From contig OX597827.1 in NCBI GenBank assembly GCA_951406725.2, forward strand, positions 41,292,001 through 41,356,000: 64,000 nucleotides of DNA, given 5' to 3'. The DNA comes from Octopus vulgaris (Eukaryota). Positions 52,879 to 64,000 of this stretch are shown here, one piece after another (the stretch's first letter is position 1; each line of letters starts with the position of its first letter). Position numbers and translations under genes: made by a program. Under the pieces are notes generated by a model that saw nothing but the letters and a program-made list of their open reading frames with translations, ran no database searches and was not told the origin of the DNA.

Positions 52879-54251
52879 TTAAAGACCTTTGTGTTATGCA
52901 TTTTAGGCACATCACTGATCACATAATTTTCTTAGATAAAGAATAGGCATGTGCACCCTGTCTTCTCTGAATTAGTTGACTGAGACAGGCAGAAATGATA
53001 AATGCCCCTACGATTCAGAATCACATACTTAATTTTGCTGTACCAGCTTCCTCCTTCTCTGTCTCTGTTCGTTTGACTGACATAGAGGACTGTTGGACTA
53101 CAAATCTAGCCTCATCTCTTCATATAACTTTCCTGGGCTCTGTTTCCCCTTGACTTGGCTTTGTGGGGTCAGTGGAATAAAATATATACTAGGCATGGAT
53201 TTGGCTGTGTAGTTGTAGTGTCAATACAGTTGCTAGTTCCTTATCCAGAGTCTGACAATCGCCTCCAAAATCTGAAATTCTTTTGAGTCAGAGAAGCATC
53301 ACAAATAGAAAACTTTCTGAAAGTGATTGGGACTTTTTTTTTGTTTGTTTTTTTGAAATGAAGTGTTGTGAGCAAGCAAAAAGTGTGACTCTATTAAAAA
53401 TCATTATTTTGTATGTGTTTGTGTTCACCTTGTAGCAAAGTTGGAATCAGTACTACGGCTGTCATAATTATTTTCTTTGTAAAGTAGGTGACTTCATGCA
53501 TTAAAAAAAACCCAAAACCAAAATATCTTTTTCTTAAGATTTGAAATCTTTTTAAAGGAATGTATACTATGCCCCCTACAATTTATAGCTAAAGTACTTC
53601 GCTTCTTAGAATGACACATTTACAGCTATGTTTTGGGTATATTTTCGAAATTAAATGTGTTTTCATTTTATTACAAATTTTTTTCATGTCAGGAATATTG
53701 TACATTGTGTGTGTGTGTTGCTGTTGTTTTGAAAAATGAATGTAGATCATACATTAAAATAATGATGATGATTTATTGCTTTTGAGGTTAGGTATTCAGA
53801 TTTAGTATCTTGTAATCATAATTGATTATAACCAATCCTAACCAGTACAAGCATTTGACTGTCAGACTCTTCAACAATGCAGTTAATTGATTGTAGGCAT
53901 TGGCAACAAAGAAAGGTTGGTGGTGGTAGTGGTGGTTTGGGATGAGGAGCTGTTGCTTCTGGTGTGGAATTGTCAAGCCAGCAGCTAAACAAAGGGATCC
54001 TTGTGCACTCGTGGAAGTGGATTTCTTCTGGGTACATATGTCACAGAAGAGAAATAGTAGTTAGGTGTCCTGTTTCCATTGTGAGTGAAGTTTTATGTAG
54101 GCTTTCTTGATTGCACTAGCCTCTACAGGTCTAATGGCTTTTAACATTCATACATATATGCATACATGCATTACAAATGTGCATTCATACATTACACATA
54201 TGCATACAAATGTGCTTACATTACACATACATATTATCATGCATATGCGCG

Positions 54252-54334
<83 letters not shown>

Positions 54335-55226
54335 GCATACATCTATGCATTCACACACACACAACACTATCATCATCACCATTATCATTTTCTTAATTTT
54401 ACTTTGACTTCTTCCTTACTGACTTTAGAAGAATCTTCTTGAAGCAGTGCTCTATGGGTGTTTGCCCTTCCTGACTCTAATCTTACTTTTTTCAAGTAAA
54501 GTACTTTATTTCCATGTTTGCACTTGTTGGATCTGTGAGCTGTTGGACATGTTGTTTCTGGAATATATAAACCAGTGCTCTGCAACTTTTTTTTTTACTT
54601 GCAGTACACTTATATTCTTTTCAAAATTCGGCAGCACACCTGAGCTAAAAATATAACTAAAAGTGTGTGTGTGTGTGTGTGGGGGGGATTATTTTCAGGT
54701 TACACTGTGGCACACCTAGCATCATCTCATGACACACCAGTGTGCTGCAGTATACAGATTGCAGGGAACACTGATGTGGACAAATGCTACCACTGCCCAA
54801 GCACTGCTGATGCAAAGACACATGAAGACATACATATAAACTGGCTTCCATACATTTCTGTCATATTTCACTCACAAAAGCATTGGGCAACACGAGTCTA
54901 TAATTGAAGATACTTGCCCAAGGTACCATACAATGCAATTGATCCCAAAACCACATGGTTGAAATGTGCAGTTATATCCTGTGTCTAGCCTAAATATATG
55001 AATGGAAACTATGCAGAAGCATGATATATACATAGGCATGCATGTGTGTTTATGTTTGTAAACAGCAGTATAAATCAATGAATGTGTCACTAAAGGGAAG
55101 TAACTATCTTTAAAATATATATAATGGAATGGATGAACTTTACCAGCTGGTAAAGAGAGGTTGACATTGATAAAATGAGAACCAAATTAAATACCTGTGT
55201 ATGCGTGGTGGGTGGGGCGTGATTTA

Positions 55227-55625
55227 ACTCTTTTACTTCAGTCATTGGATTGCAGCCATGCTGGGGCAATACCTTGAAGGGTTCAGTCAGACAGATCAAC
55301 TCCAGTACCTATCTTTTAAGTGTGGTACTTCTTCTGTTGGTCTCTGTTTGGCTGAACCGCTGAGCTGCAGAGAATGTAAACAAACCAACATTGGTTGCCA
55401 AGCAGTGATGGGGGAACAAACACAAAGAAATGTGCATGCACACGCGTGCGCGCACACCCACCCACACACGTGCGCGATGGTCTTCTTTCAGTTTCCATCT
55501 ACCAAATCCACCCACAAGGCTTTGGTTGACCCAAGGCTATAGTAGAAGACATTAGCCCATGATGTCACACAGAGGGATTGAACCCAGAACCATGTGGTTG
55601 GGATGCCAGTTTTTTTTACCACACC
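55227..55625 (-). mobile_element. SINE family A (diverged)
   Basis: Colinear similarity. Confidence 0.8.
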
Positions 55626-55696
55626 TAGGAAAGATTATCTGTCAGACATTTTTAATAAAGTAAGAACAAAAGAAAAGAGCATTTCTATTTTCTGTC

Positions 55697-55990
55697 CTGA
55701 CATTCTGATAATCCCTGTTTCCAGATATTTATATGTGGATAATTTCTCAATTTCATTTAAAGATACATTATTATTTTTTGGAACCAGTGCTTCAGTGAAG
55801 TTGTGTTCCCTTCATCGTGGTCCTTCATGACAATATTTGGTTGATTAAACCTTGAGCTTATTGTCTCTGTACTATCATATTCCAGACTATGATCATTTCA
55901 TCAATCTATTTTCCTTACTTTAATGTATCATATACTTTTTGCTTGTGAATGTATCACATGTTCTGCATATGACAATTCAGTTGATAAAAA
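55697..55990 (-). pseudogene. R4/Dong-type LINE relic (restriction-like endonuclease region)
   Basis: Minus-strand translation IVWNM...NQPNIVMKDHDE...NNNVSLNEIEKLSTYKYLETGIIRM resembles the REL motif NRPDIV...E.EKLSKYKDL. Confidence 0.65.
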
Positions 55991-56362
55991 TCTAATGCAT
56001 TTTCTACTTGTTGTTTTGAAACCAATCGAATCTCGATGACTTGGCATTTTTGCTTATATCTTGTCATGTTAGCCTCTTTAATTATTTTAATAATCAGCTA
56101 TGTGAAACTCAGAGTAATAATTCAAGATCCTACCTAATAAGATATACTAACTCTATGTATTGAGTACTTTTGCGTTTGTAAACACAGACATTCACCATTC
56201 CACACATATACATGCACTTAAGCATAGACAAGCATAAAAGAAGAAATGATGTGTATATGTATCCATGCATGCACGTGCAATAGTCAGGCTGTTCAGTAGA
56301 AACACAACAAGCAGCTGAATAAATGGTTGCAGCGGAAAATTGATCTTTTCCCGCTATTGATG

Positions 56363-56414
<52 letters not shown>

Positions 56415-57099
56415 TGTGTGTGTGAAATTTTTGTGCTATTATTTATTTACCCCATTTTACCCCCACCCCCACCCCACAGCTTCCCATTTCAGTAATTATC
56501 TACACATATCATCTGCGTTATAAATATTGTTTGCACTCACTTCAGAAATTAGTTAGACGAACAACTTAGTCATACTCATAAAACTGAGCAGTGAAGGGAA
56601 GTAATTTCAGTTTTATTCCATCCACCCATCCATTAACCTCATTTTGAAAACCATATGAAAGGCTGGAGAGATATAACTGCTGTCAGTTTCAAACTTTCAC
56701 AGGATGTCTTTCGATAGGTCATAACCTCATGCTGAGTTATGGATTGAAAAGTCAAGAAGTGCAATTCTGACTCGACACTGTCCTGACTTTATGACCGAAA
56801 TCTCCAGTCTAGTAATGGTTTGAAATTGACAGAAACATTTGTGCTTTTAGTTTGTAATATAGTTTTTTGAAATTATATGATTTAGCTCTACATTGTGTGT
56901 GTGTGGATTGGATTAGATTTCCTATATTGAGTTCAGTGCAGGACTAAGACTTCAGTATGTTCTTTCCACCAACCATGGTCTGATAAGGAGGCCTTGAATT
57001 TGAGCTTGAGATCACACTGGCTTGATGAGCCTACTCTGTCACACTGGCTCAACGTATCTTGGCAGAGGGGGAGCAACTTTTTTACTCTTGCCCAGGAGT

Positions 57100-57269
57100 A
57101 GTTAAGTTGATTACATTCAACCCCAGTGCTTAATTGGTACTTATTTTAATTACCCCTGAAGCAATGAAAGGCAAAGTTGACCTCAGTGGAATTCGAATTC
57201 AGAATGTAAAGACGGATGAAATACTGCTGAGCATTTTGCCCAGAATTCTAATGATTCTGCCCATTCGCC

Positions 57270-57270
<1 letters not shown>
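57100..57270 (-). mobile_element. SINE family B
   Basis: atgaaaggcaaagttgacctcagtggaattcgaattcagaa. Confidence 0.8.
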
Positions 57271-57312
<42 letters not shown>

Positions 57313-57620
57313 TACGTACGTGTGTACATATAAGGTGAGTGAACAGAATCATTAGCATGCTGGGCAAAATGCTTAGCAGTATTTTTTATATCCCCCCCCT
57401 CTCTCTCTCTCTCTCCGTCCCCCCACACACACACACACATTACTGGTGATGTTATGGAAGGAGTTAGTTGTAGTATTGAACATGGTAGTAGGTATTTCTG
57501 TTTCATATTTTGTGCAAAACAAAAGGTGTGTGTGTATGAGGGTGTGTGTGGAGAAAGTGACGTATATTGCTGATGTTTGATCAAATGCATCCCAATCATG
57601 ACAATCCAGCTTTTTATTAA

Positions 57621-57842
57621 CCCTTTCGTTACCGTATTTATTTTGAGATGCTCTGTATTTCATTCAATTAATTTTAAATATAACAAAGAATTTGGTAAAA
57701 TAACTTTGTTATCATTAAGCTAGTGTTGGGAACATAAATTGTGCCTAAGATTTGGTGGAAGATTTTAATTCAATACTTATGAAAACAAGACATTTGTACT
57801 ACAGAGCCAGAGGCGGTTTTGGCCAGGTTGGTATCAAAAGGG
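57621..57842. mobile_element. piggyBac-like MITE (222 bp)
   Basis: TTAA|ccctttcgttacc ... ggtatcaaaaggg|TTAA. Confidence 0.88.
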
Positions 57843-59385
57843 TTAATGTCATATATCTAGAACTGCATTATCCAGTGTGTTGTATTTTTTTTGTGTGATA
57901 TTAGGGTATAATTTGAAGGGGATTTGGTTGGTATTTCTAGCAGCTGTATCACAGTTCCCTTGTTGGCTTGTGTACTGGGATGGTGGATCAAGGGATGGGA
58001 GAGGAAAAGATGAAGGGGGAAGTAAACCCTTTTAGTTGTAAATAATTATAGGGTAAGCCTGCTTAGGGAACAGTTTTGAGTTGAAAGTGATAAAAAGAAA
58101 GAGTCAACAGTGAGAGAGAGGGATGTTACATGAGATCATTTCATACCCCCTCCTCCACCCCCATCAAATTATTTCTCATTTCTATGAGTCCCCACACCCA
58201 CTTTTTTTAAAGTCTATCCCCATCTCAATTCAGACTTCCCTCTTCTCTTTCTTCTCCAGTGATTACTGCTAAAAGCTTAAAAAATAAACGGAAATCAGTT
58301 CCACAACCATTGATATTTTCCTCCTCCTTGCTTTGTTAATCTCCTTTCAGTTGTTGTTTCCTTTAACTAGGCAGAGAGATAGACAGACAGACAGACATAT
58401 AGATAAAGGGGGAAATAGGGAGAAAGATGCAAAAATGAGAGAAAGAGACAATGTGAGTTGGTCAGGAAGATGGGTAGGAGAAGATATGTTGTCAAATAAA
58501 GTATTGAGACTGAAAAGGTAAGAAGTCGGTGAAAAGAAGCATAAAAAGATGGTGAGAGGTTGGAGAGAGGGAGAGAGAAAACGAGATTGTGAAGAGCGAT
58601 ATAGGCAGAAATGAAGACAGGAATGAGAAGAAAATGAGAGATTGGTTGTAAGAGAGACAGGAAAAAAGAAAATGATGTGAAGAGATAAGCTAGCTATAAA
58701 GGGGGGAGAGTAGAGATTTTGATAGAGAAAAGGCTGACATGAAAATTAAGTGCTTTGTTATTTCAATTGAGTGGTAGTTTAATCATGTTGTCAGGAAACC
58801 AGTAAATTGCTTCTCCTTTAACTAAACCAGTGAGTTAGTTAACTTGCTTACTCATTTGTGCTCGCTGATCTGTTTGTCACTCTGACAGTATTTTTTTAAT
58901 CTTTTGTCATTTCACTATCCCTAACAAGTGCTGTGTGTGTGTGTAAGTAAGAGGGAGAGAGAGAGAGAAAGAGAGTGTCAGCTATCAGATATGTTTGTTT
59001 ATATATAGTCCTTAACTATATGAAGTGAGTTAGCAAGGGTCTCTTTGATTGTACAATGCAGTGTCACACAGAATTATAGCACTATCTTCTCTACAACTTT
59101 TATTGAATTTACATTGGTACAATTTTTTTCTGTGGCATCCATTTTAAAACTTGCATGAGTTTGGCTGTAGAGCTGCCCAACTTCAAGCACATATTCTGTC
59201 TTAACTTGGTACTTTACAAGTTTATTTTGCAACAGTTGCAAGAAACTATGTAATCAACTGGTTCAAGCAAGAGACCAAACCCAGATATAAATTAATAGCC
59301 TCACTAAATTGAAACAGTTCTCACCTAAAGATTGCAACAGCATGAAACTTGTTTCCTAAGATAAGCATTCAGTTTAAATAAATTA

Positions 59386-59932
59386 TTGGGTTGGCTAAAA
59401 AGAAGTCTGCTTTTTTAAGTGAAAATGCAACACAGCGAATTCTTCAATCAATGATATAATTATTATTTTGTTCAAGTATCTTATGCTATCTTGTAGGCAA
59501 ATTCATTATTCTTGGCTCAAAGAATTTCCAGTCTTTACTGGCAGAAAACTCTTCCAGGTGGATTTTTACATCCTCACAGAGGTTGGTCTGTCCATTCAAT
59601 GAATTTTGAAGAGACCAAAGCCTGTGGAAATCTGAAGGTGCAAAGTCGAGCAAATATGGAGGGTGCAGCAAAACTTCGTAGCCCCCCCCCCAAGTAACTT
59701 CTGCATTTGCAAAGAATCCTGCGGTCTGGCACTGTTGTGATGAAAGACAATGCCCTTACGAATAATCAGTACTGGACACTTCTGATGGACCACTGCATTT
59801 AATTTGTCCAGGTGGTTACAGTACACATCTGAATTTCTATTTCTATTCAGGGGAAGAACCTCTTAAAAGACAATATCTTTTCAGTCCCATTAAATTGAAA
59901 GCATAACCTTCAATGGGTGAAGTCTGCCTTGG
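59386..59932 (-). pseudogene. Mariner (Tc1/mariner) transposase C-terminal relic with 3' TIR
   Basis: LHPLKVMLSI*WD*K...DVYCNHLDKL...IVFHHNSARP (HDNARPH) and LHPPYLLDFAPSDFH (YSPDLAPSDY motif); stops and frameshifts; TIR-like ta|ttgggttggctaaaa at ~59386. Confidence 0.9.
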
Positions 59933-60297
59933 AGAGTGGGTGTGGTGGTTCACTGCACTTCTTTCAACACACACTATGATGCTCCCATATCATCAGCCAC
60001 TAAGGGACATGCTCAACTGGTTAAGTTCAAACAACTGACAAGAAAATCTGTGGTATTGAGCAGAATATTTGCTGTAGCCCATCTTTTATACCAAGATAAA
60101 ACAATGTACATGATAACACTTCCAATCAGTTAAGATTAGAAGCCATGAGAGCCACTGTCTGGTACTGCATAAGGGCATATAAAAGGACAAAATCCTTTGT
60201 AACTTTCATCCTGTGTTTAGTCCCTTTATGTTTTAATTGATTTTTGTTAGCCCTTGTGGCCAATAAACAAACGATATTATTATTATTATTATTATTA

Positions 60298-60342
<45 letters not shown>

Positions 60343-60343
<1 letters not shown>

Positions 60344-60492
60344 TTTTTTTTTTCTTCTTTCAAATTTGCTTCCATTTCTTGCCGAGTGTCTTCCCGACTC
60401 CTAGGGCAAAGAAACTCATAGTATACATTGGTAGGCCATTAAACCAAACTTCATAGTTCGTTCATTTAAAAAATTTTTTTTTTAAAGTTAAA
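60343..60492 (-). mobile_element. Probable 3'UTR remnant of an R4/Dong-like element inserted in (TAA)n
   Basis: About 150 bp unique block (minus strand ...ccctaggagtcgggaagacactcggcaag...aaaa-taataataa) between two (TTA)n arrays. Confidence 0.45.
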
Positions 60493-60560
60493 TTATTATT
60501 ATTATTATTATTATTATTATTGTTGTTGTTGTTGTTGTTACTATTATTGTTTATTAATGT

Positions 60561-60581
60561 TATTTTCCTTCTCTCTTCAGG
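60561..60581 (+). promoter_or_regulatory. 3' splice acceptor of the giant exon
   Basis: tattttccttctctcttcag|G: strong polypyrimidine tract plus CAG, at the sharp switch from repeat DNA to unique sequence. Confidence 0.8.
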
Positions 60582-61150
60582 TTACTGCTGATGTCTCAGC
60601 TTACCAGTGTTGAATGGACATACTCTACACAGAATGTTGGTAATTTCTCCCAGCTTCTCTGTTCTTCATTTCCCGTCAAATGCTGCAGTTTGGAAATGTC
60701 TCAGTAAACTAGAAACTACTTGGCTGGAGTCTTGGCAACAACTACATCAACGCTACTACTGCCACCACCACTACCACCACCACCACCACCACCACCATTA
60801 CAGCCACCCATAGTAACAGGATCATTAACAAGACTAGCAGCACAAACATCATCATCATCAACAACAACAACAACAAAAATAATACAACTGCTATCAAAGG
60901 CCACAACAGAAGTAACAGCACTTCTCCTCCTCTTACTACAACTACTACTACTACTATCCCTGTCAGAATCACCAACACCGGGACTGCCGCCGCCACTGAC
61001 ACCAACAACAAGAACAGTTGTTTCAGAGGTGATGACAACAATTACAGCAACAAAAACAACAGCATCAGTACCAATATCAACAGCAGCGGCGGCAGCAGCA
61101 ACAACAACAACAACAGCAGCAGCAGCAACCAGAAGCACAAGTGTGAACAG

Positions 61151-64000
61151 ATGAGTCAAGCTGTTAGCGAGAGAACCGGTGACACCAAATGCAAAGTGTC
61201 TGTGACCACTAATGCGACTACCACTACTACCGCCACTACTACTACTACCACCACCACTATTGCTACTGCCATCACTACCATTACTACCACCTCACCAAAT
61301 CTAGATACCAATAATAATAATAACAATAATAGTCTTGCTAACACTGCTGTCAACAGCAACAACAACATAAGCACCCTTCTTACCTCCTCTAGCGCCACCA
61401 CTATTCCTAGTACTCCAACTACCACCTCTGCTTACATCATCGACGACAGCACCAACATCATCAAGAGCAGTACTATTAGTGCTTGTAGCAGTGGTAGTAT
61501 CACCAGTGGCAATAATAATAGTGGCAGCAGCAGCAGTAGTAGTGCCAGTGACTGTGGTGGCACTGGTTTCGGTGGTAGTGGTGGCAGTGGTAGATATCGG
61601 TTCAGTGAGCCATCGTTAGTTACGGCCTTGACAAAAGCTGAACCAGTTAACCCGTTGCTGGCAACACTTGGTGTGAAACCACCGCCACCGACCCGACAGG
61701 CAAGGAACGGGGTGGTTCGGTCACCAAACTCTTGTGCCATAATCACTGCCACCACCACCACCACTAATAACAACAACAGCAACAACAATAATACTTGTAG
61801 CACTGCCAACACCAGCACAAACAGCAACTGTAATAAAAGCAAGTGCAGCAGTTTTGTTGACATTTACAAAAAGCAGCTTGCATTTTTGGTGCAGCAGTCA
61901 GGTGACAGCAAGAGCAGCGCCGGTGGAAGCAGCAAGAAACCAACGGAACTGTTGGATAAAAAGAAAAGGGTAACAGACACCATTCCGCCAACTTCCACCC
62001 CAGGTTCACCTCCAACTCCAGCATCTCTACAGCCACTGCAGCCTTCGTCTTTACCATCTCCACTGCAGGCAGCACCGCTTCCAGCAGCTGTTGCAGAGTG
62101 TCACCAGGTCGTGACGAAGTCAAGCAGCAGCAGCAGCAGCAGCAGCGGCACCGAGAGCCACAGTGGCAGTGGTCGCAACAATTGCAATAACAGCAGAAAG
62201 ACTAGTGATCCTCAGTGTCAGGAAGTGACTTCATCCCGGTTGCTCTCTGACCGTTTGCCCTCAATTTCTTCAATCACCACAGCCCTTTCACCTTCACCTT
62301 CACCTTCCCCTGCCGTCCTGCCCTCGCCCCTGACATCCCCTCTGCCCAGCCTAACTGATGAGAAGGACAGCTGTTGCACTACACGCAATCAGAGTCATTA
62401 CAAAAACACTGGCAACGGTGGCTACTGCAACAAAAACAACAGCACTGACGCCACTGGTACCACTCTGAACCACAACCACAACCATCATCACCACCACAAC
62501 AGCACCAACACAGACACTGCTGCATGCTTTGATCATGTTAGTACAACATTTGTAGATAATAAATTTAGCACAGAAAACAACAATAACCACAGTACTAAGT
62601 TGGGTCCATCCCTTCTCAGCAAGAATACTCAACACAACAACAACAACAACAGTAGGGAGTCTTTCTTTGAAGATCAGCAAAGACCTGTCGTCACACCATT
62701 GCACGTCATCGACAGCAAGTGTGATGGCAGTAAGACTAAGACATTGCAGCAACAGCAGCAGAAACAACATCAGTCATTACAACCACCACCACTACAACAA
62801 CAACAACAACAACAACAACAAAAACTGCAACTACAAACAGAACAACTGCAAGAAAAGCAAATGCCACCTACAGCCAAGCATCTTGTAGCAACAACAAGAA
62901 CAACTGCCATAGCAGCTGCAGCAGTCAACAGAAGCAGTGGAGCAACAAGTGATGAAGAGTTTCATCCATCACTGTCTTTGATATCTTCAGCAGCCTCAGC
63001 ATCAGCTTCTTGCCAGCAGCAAGATGACAGAAGACAAAGAAATGTCTTGTATACGACAACAACAACAACAGCAACGTCTCTGTCATCACCACCACCACCA
63101 CTATCAACAAAAGCAGTAGAAGCAACAACAACAACAACAACAACAATACCAGCATCATCAGCTTTGTCGTCGTCGTCGTTGTCGTCGTCATCATCATTAT
63201 CATCCTCCTCCTTGTCATCAACATTGTCATCAACAGCTGCAAAAATAACTGCAACAGAAGCATCAAAAGTGTCTGCAGTAACAACAGGTTCAGTTTCAGC
63301 AATAACAGTTTCAACACCAGCAGTAACTGCAACAGCAACATCAATAACAACAACAACAGCGTCATTACCATCACCACCATCATCTTCATCATCATCATCA
63401 TTTTCATCAACTGTGCAAAAACAGCTGAAGATTATTTCTGCTATCAACAACAATAGTACTACCAACAACAACAACAACAACAACAACACACCCCCTTCCA
63501 ACAGTATTGTGACTATCAGTAGCAGCAGGACTAATACTAACATTAGCACTACTGCCCTTAAGACTCAGGCTGCGGGAGATGTACATTCGGCTGTAGCGTC
63601 AGTCGAAGGTGGAATGAGCAGGAAGCGCACTGCTGCTGGGACTACTGTTGTGTCCAGTGGAGCCAGTGGTGTGAAGCGAATGATGTGCAAAGTGAGCAGC
63701 AGCACTGGAGGCGGTGATAGCGGTGGTGGTGGCAGCAGTGCTGGTAGTGGTAGCACTAACAGAGATACAGGAATATTAGTAGTGACACCTGAATTCACTG
63801 CTTCGGGCGAAACGGCATTTGAAGAGATTGCAAGGAGCTACAGTACCCCAACAGATAATAGCGGTCCAGGAAATTCCCTTGCTGCTGCCGCCCCTGAGGC
63901 CATCTCCAACACTGCAACCACCCCTGATTTTCCTGTTGTCGTCCTACCCCATGCTACTTCACCTCAAAATGCTGTCGACTCTGTCACAAGCCTTGCAGGT
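61151..64000 (+). CDS. Giant coding exon of an unidentified low-complexity (Asn/Thr/Ser/Gln-rich), probably disordered nuclear protein; 950+ codons, continues past the window end
   Basis: Hand translation is stop-free from 60713 to 64000 (MSQAVSERTGDTKCKV...RYRFSEPSLVTALTKAEPVNPLLATLGVKPPPP...FVDIYKKQLAFLVQQ...DRLPSISSI...MSRKRTAAG...VKRMMCKV...AVDSVTSLAG). Higher GC/CpG than flanks and no interspersed repeats. NLS-like basic patches (DKKKR, SRKR). True start uncertain. Confidence 0.88.
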   Translation, partial: MSQAVSERTGDTKCKVSVTTNATTTTTATTTTTTTTIATAITTITTTSPNLDTNNNNNNNSLANTAVNSNNNISTLLTSSSATTIPSTPTTTSAYIIDDSTNIIKSSTISACSSGSITSGNNNSGSSSSSSASDCGGTGFGGSGGSGRYRFSEPSLVTALTKAEPVNPLLATLGVKPPPPTRQARNGVVRSPNSCAIITATTTTTNNNNSNNNNTCSTANTSTNSNCNKSKCSSFVDIYKKQLAFLVQQSGDSKSSAGGSSKKPTELLDKKKRVTDTIPPTSTPGSPPTPASLQPLQPSSLPSPLQAAPLPAAVAECHQVVTKSSSSSSSSSGTESHSGSGRNNCNNSRKTSDPQCQEVTSSRLLSDRLPSISSITTALSPSPSPSPAVLPSPLTSPLPSLTDEKDSCCTTRNQSHYKNTGNGGYCNKNNSTDATGTTLNHNHNHHHHHNSTNTDTAACFDHVSTTFVDNKFSTENNNNHSTKLGPSLLSKNTQHNNNNNSRESFFEDQQRPVVTPLHVIDSKCDGSKTKTLQQQQQKQHQSLQPPPLQQQQQQQQQKLQLQTEQLQEKQMPPTAKHLVATTRTTAIAAAAVNRSSGATSDEEFHPSLSLISSAASASASCQQQDDRRQRNVLYTTTTTTATSLSSPPPPLSTKAVEATTTTTTTIPASSALSSSSLSSSSSLSSSSLSSTLSSTAAKITATEASKVSAVTTGSVSAITVSTPAVTATATSITTTTASLPSPPSSSSSSSFSSTVQKQLKIISAINNNSTTNNNNNNNNTPPSNSIVTISSSRTNTNISTTALKTQAAGDVHSAVASVEGGMSRKRTAAGTTVVSSGASGVKRMMCKVSSSTGGGDSGGGGSSAGSGSTNRDTGILVVTPEFTASGETAFEEIARSYSTPTDNSGPGNSLAAAAPEAISNTATTPDFPVVVLPHATSPQNAVDSVTSLAG

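Noticed and set aside
1-60500. Over 200 short ORFs in the supplied track (YIYI, HTHT, CVCV, LSLS, poly-V/T)
   Set aside because: They are translations of microsatellites and SINEs; only the TE-derived ones (37271, 42730, 59486, 59596) resemble real proteins.
60581-60712. Main frame extended to the acceptor by editing all three stops (TGA 60611, TAA 60641, TAG 60710)
   Set aside because: Any stop can formally be edited to TGG; needing four simultaneous edits has no support.
60716-63798. Minus-strand Val/Leu-rich ORFs that look like membrane proteins
   Set aside because: Antisense shadows of the triplet-repeat-rich + strand exon, fragmented by stops.

Overview
Eukaryotic, AT-rich and extremely repeat-rich DNA. 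The SINE/LINE/MITE families and microsatellite density point to an octopus (coleoid cephalopod) genome; this is an inference from repeat families, not a database match. About 60 kb is intron/intergenic sequence packed with two abundant tRNA-head SINE families, a ~200-bp (GTT)n-associated repeat, RTE, R4/Dong and Penelope-like retroelement fragments, mariner/piggyBac/hAT MITEs, two tandem duplications and simple repeats. Almost all ORFs in the supplied track are microsatellite artefacts. The one convincing host coding region is missing from the track because it runs off the window end. It is a giant + strand exon (acceptor at 60580/60581) with a stop-free frame from 60713 to 64000 (1096 codons; first ATG 61151) encoding an unidentified N/T/S/Q-rich disordered protein. 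The most interesting points are its translation-start puzzle (in-frame ATG..TAG gate, six upstream ATGs, an ATGA overlap, a possible spliced microprotein), a CpG-retaining island at 47-51 kb, hammerhead-ribozyme relics, a tandem pseudoknot/hairpin array in an RTE 3'UTR, a MITE that captured SINE sequence, and inverted SINE pairs.
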